Positions 61,486 to 64,000 of a stretch of 64,000 nucleotides of DNA are shown one piece after another (position 1 is the stretch's first letter; each line of letters begins with the position of its first letter). Below the pieces are notes generated by a model. It worked only from the letters and a program-made list of their open reading frames with translations. It was not told the DNA's origin and did not search any database. A program made the translations under genes and the position numbers. Origin of the DNA: Macrostomum lignano (taxonomy: Eukaryota); the NCBI GenBank assembly GCA_002269645.1, contig NIVC01001128.1:62001-126000 (forward strand), in the 5' to 3' direction.

Positions 61486-63436
61486 ATGGCTTGTCGAAGG
61501 TTCACAGTAAGTTTGTTTTGCTATTTTATAAAATATATCAATTTGCTTTAAAACATAATATTGAGGCACTTTTGGAAGCAAAATGCACTTTTTTGGTGCT
61601 GAACCCCCATAATTGAAGCTATGTATTTCTTGCTTGATTTATCTGCACATCTACCAATTTTGGCCTCCCAAAACAGGTGTGCGTTGAAGGCAACATTGGC
61701 TGCGGCAAGAGCTCATTTATTCGTCATTTCGCCAACAAACTGCCGGGATATCTAAATGTACTGGAAGAACCTGTTGCCCAGTGGACTAGCTTAAACAATA
61801 ACAATTTGCTAGGCATGATGTACTCCGATCCCAAGCGCTGGTGTACCGCCTTCCAGGCCTACGTTATGCTGACTATGAGCGATGGCCATTCCAGTTCTAG
61901 GGGGGCATCAGCTCCTCCCGTCACTCTGTTGGAACGGTCGCTTCACTCAGCTTGCCGGGTGTTTGTGGAGAACCTGCATAAGCAGTGAGTGCTAATAGTA
62001 GGGGGCCCTAGCCCAGTGGTATAACGCGGCGCTTTGATTCTGTGCATGGCCTAACGATAAATAAAGTTAGGGTTGCTGTACACTCCTGTGTGAGTGTGTG
62101 CCTGCGCGTATGACTGCGTACGTATCCGCGCGCTTGTGTGCCTGCTCAGGGGAGTCAGCAGAATGGGCAGTAATGCCTCTCGCCGGTTGTGTGACAATGT
62201 CGCTTAAAGTTCGCTGGGGTGCACACAGCCTCCTGCCTCTGACTAAAAATGAAAACGAAAAAATCCCCAAGGTCTGACTTATTTTCTAGAAGATTACTGC
62301 CGCTTTTGGATCTTCTACTATTAGTAATATTTCAGTTTATCTTTTAATTTTTGTCCACCAAACAGATCTTTAATGGACAGCATGGACTATCACATTTTGA
62401 TGGAATGGTACAACTTGTGGGTCAGCGATCAAACCTACGATATTGACGTAATCAGTGAGTTTAAGTATAAATCATTAGTATGCTATTTAGTTTTTTAATA
62501 TATTTGTATTTATTTTTCATACTGTTCTTTCTCTGTAGTCTATCTTCGCGCTAAACCGTCCGTGTGCTTGGAGCGAGTGAAAAAGCGCAACCGGTCTGAG
62601 GAGTGCGATTTGAGCCTTGTAAGTTACAGTCCGAACCCACCACCCAGTGTACATGGCTCCCTTCTTATCAGTTCCCTCAGCACCCACCACCCCAGTGAAC
62701 ATGGCTCCCTTCTTATCAGTTCCCTCAGCACCCACCACCCCAGTGAACATGGCTCCCTTCTTATCAGTTCCCTCAGCACCCACCACCCCAGTGTACATGG
62801 CTCCCTTCTTATCAGTTCCCTCAGCACCCACCACCCCAGTGTACATGGCTCCCTTCTTATCAGTTCCCTCAGCACCCACCACCCCAGTGTACATGGCTCC
62901 TTTCTTATCAGTTCCCTCAGCACCCACCACCCCAGTGAACATGGCTCCTTTCTTATCAGTTCCCTCAGCACCCACCACCCCAGTGAACATGGCTCCCTTC
63001 TTATCAGTTCCCTCAGCACCCACCACCCCAGTGAACATGGCTCCCTTCTTATCAGTTCCCTCAGCACCCACCACCCCAGTGTACATGGCTCCCTTCTTAT
63101 CAGTTCCCTCAGCACCCACCACCCCAGCGTATGTGAATCCCCGGCGCATAACTAAAGTTCCTTTGAACCAAACCACAGGAGCTGCTGGAGCAGCTGCACC
63201 AGCTGCACGAAGACTGGCTAATTAATCACAAATTCGGCTGTCCATCTACTCGGGTAGTTGTGCTGGATGCGGAGCAAGATTTCGACAGTCTAATGGCTGT
63301 CTATGACAGGGAAGTGCTGCCGATTCTGCGCGACTTCGCTGGAGAACCGGCTGTTAACGGGTCCGCCGAATCCGGCGAGACTGACAAGGAAAACAAGCCA
63401 AACAGTTTGGTTGCTAGGCTCGGAGTTTCTCCTTGA
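61486..63436 (+). CDS. TK2: Deoxynucleoside kinase / thymidine kinase 2-like, 251 aa, five exons
   Basis: Exons 61486-61506, 61677-61984, 62366-62454, 62539-62618, 63179-63436 (756 nt, phases 0,2,1,0). P-loop VEGNIGCGKS, EEPVAQW, LMYSDPKRW, ERSLHSA, IYLRAKPSVCLERVKKRNRSEE, LHEDWL. Confidence 0.92.
62636..63128. repeat. 45-bp minisatellite filling TK2 intron 4
   Basis: About 11 units of cccagtgtacatggctcccttcttatcagttccctcagcacccacca; the 15-aa repeat ORFs here are artefacts. Confidence 0.95.
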
Positions 63437-64000
63437 CGATTTGGTTGATTCATTGTCAGTCAGTTAACCAAGACGGAATGCCAATCTAATTTATTGTTTT
63501 GTTATATTACTTAGTAGCGGATATAGCAAATTGTAAGCATTTTTAACGTAAGCGTAAATTTTCAGTAGTATTTAAGGAACAGTTTGAGCATTTTTGTACG
63601 CATTCTAATCACTATTATTTTTATTATATGGTTTTTTGCTACTTCTGGTGCTTTGATACTAAGTTTTATGCTTATAAATGGCCATTTTATTATACTGCGT
63701 ATTTAATTATTAACTAATTTAAGTAATAATATAAAACTAATTTTTGTACTTTTTATAGTACAGCATGATCTACGAGTATTATTTAATAGTACATTCTATC
63801 TACTTGACTTGGTTTGATTTTTTATTTAGCAAACAAGGTGGTTCAGTCTGCGATGTTAAATAGATGTTGAAAAAATCGTTTTTTTTGTTTTAGCGCGCTT
63901 CCCAGCTTCGGTTTGGCGTGTTAGTTCATATTTTATTAGGGTTTTGTGAACGGATATAAGCTCTGGAGCTTGTCGCACTATTCACACGAATGAGGGCAGA

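Noticed and set aside
62001-62040. tRNA-like 5' half with an A-box (tagcccagtgg) in TK2 intron 2
   Set aside because: No B-box or cloverleaf; at most a truncated SINE head

Overview
Repeat-rich eukaryotic (invertebrate-like) genomic DNA. Organism not determinable; the minisatellite-filled introns and poly-Q proteins would fit a flatworm such as Macrostomum (inference only). Four host genes can be assembled by hand using GT-AG sites and consistent intron phases: the last exon of STT3A (+, 298-549); a 3-exon FoxO (-, 24582-15649, ~511 aa); a 7-exon coiled-coil protein with an N-terminal LIR-like motif (+, 46656-56930, ~598 aa, possibly NEMO/optineurin-like); and a 5-exon TK2/deoxynucleoside kinase (+, 61486-63436, 251 aa). 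The rest is mobile DNA and tandem repeats. Retroelements: a Penelope-like element with an inverted pseudo-LTR, 13-bp TSD and hammerhead-like motif; a separate 189-bp TSD-flanked mini-insertion carrying a canonical minimal hammerhead ribozyme; a full-length LOA/R1-group LINE with an 11-bp TSD; nested Ty3/gypsy relics; an RTE fragment; two CORE-type SINE copies. DNA elements: a 4.6-kb CCC...GGG/TA TIR element in FoxO intron 2 carrying a spliced cargo ORF, plus hAT-like, Merlin-like and other MITEs. More than a dozen mini- and microsatellite arrays are present. Coordinates were counted by eye, and family assignments come from recalled motifs rather than database searches.
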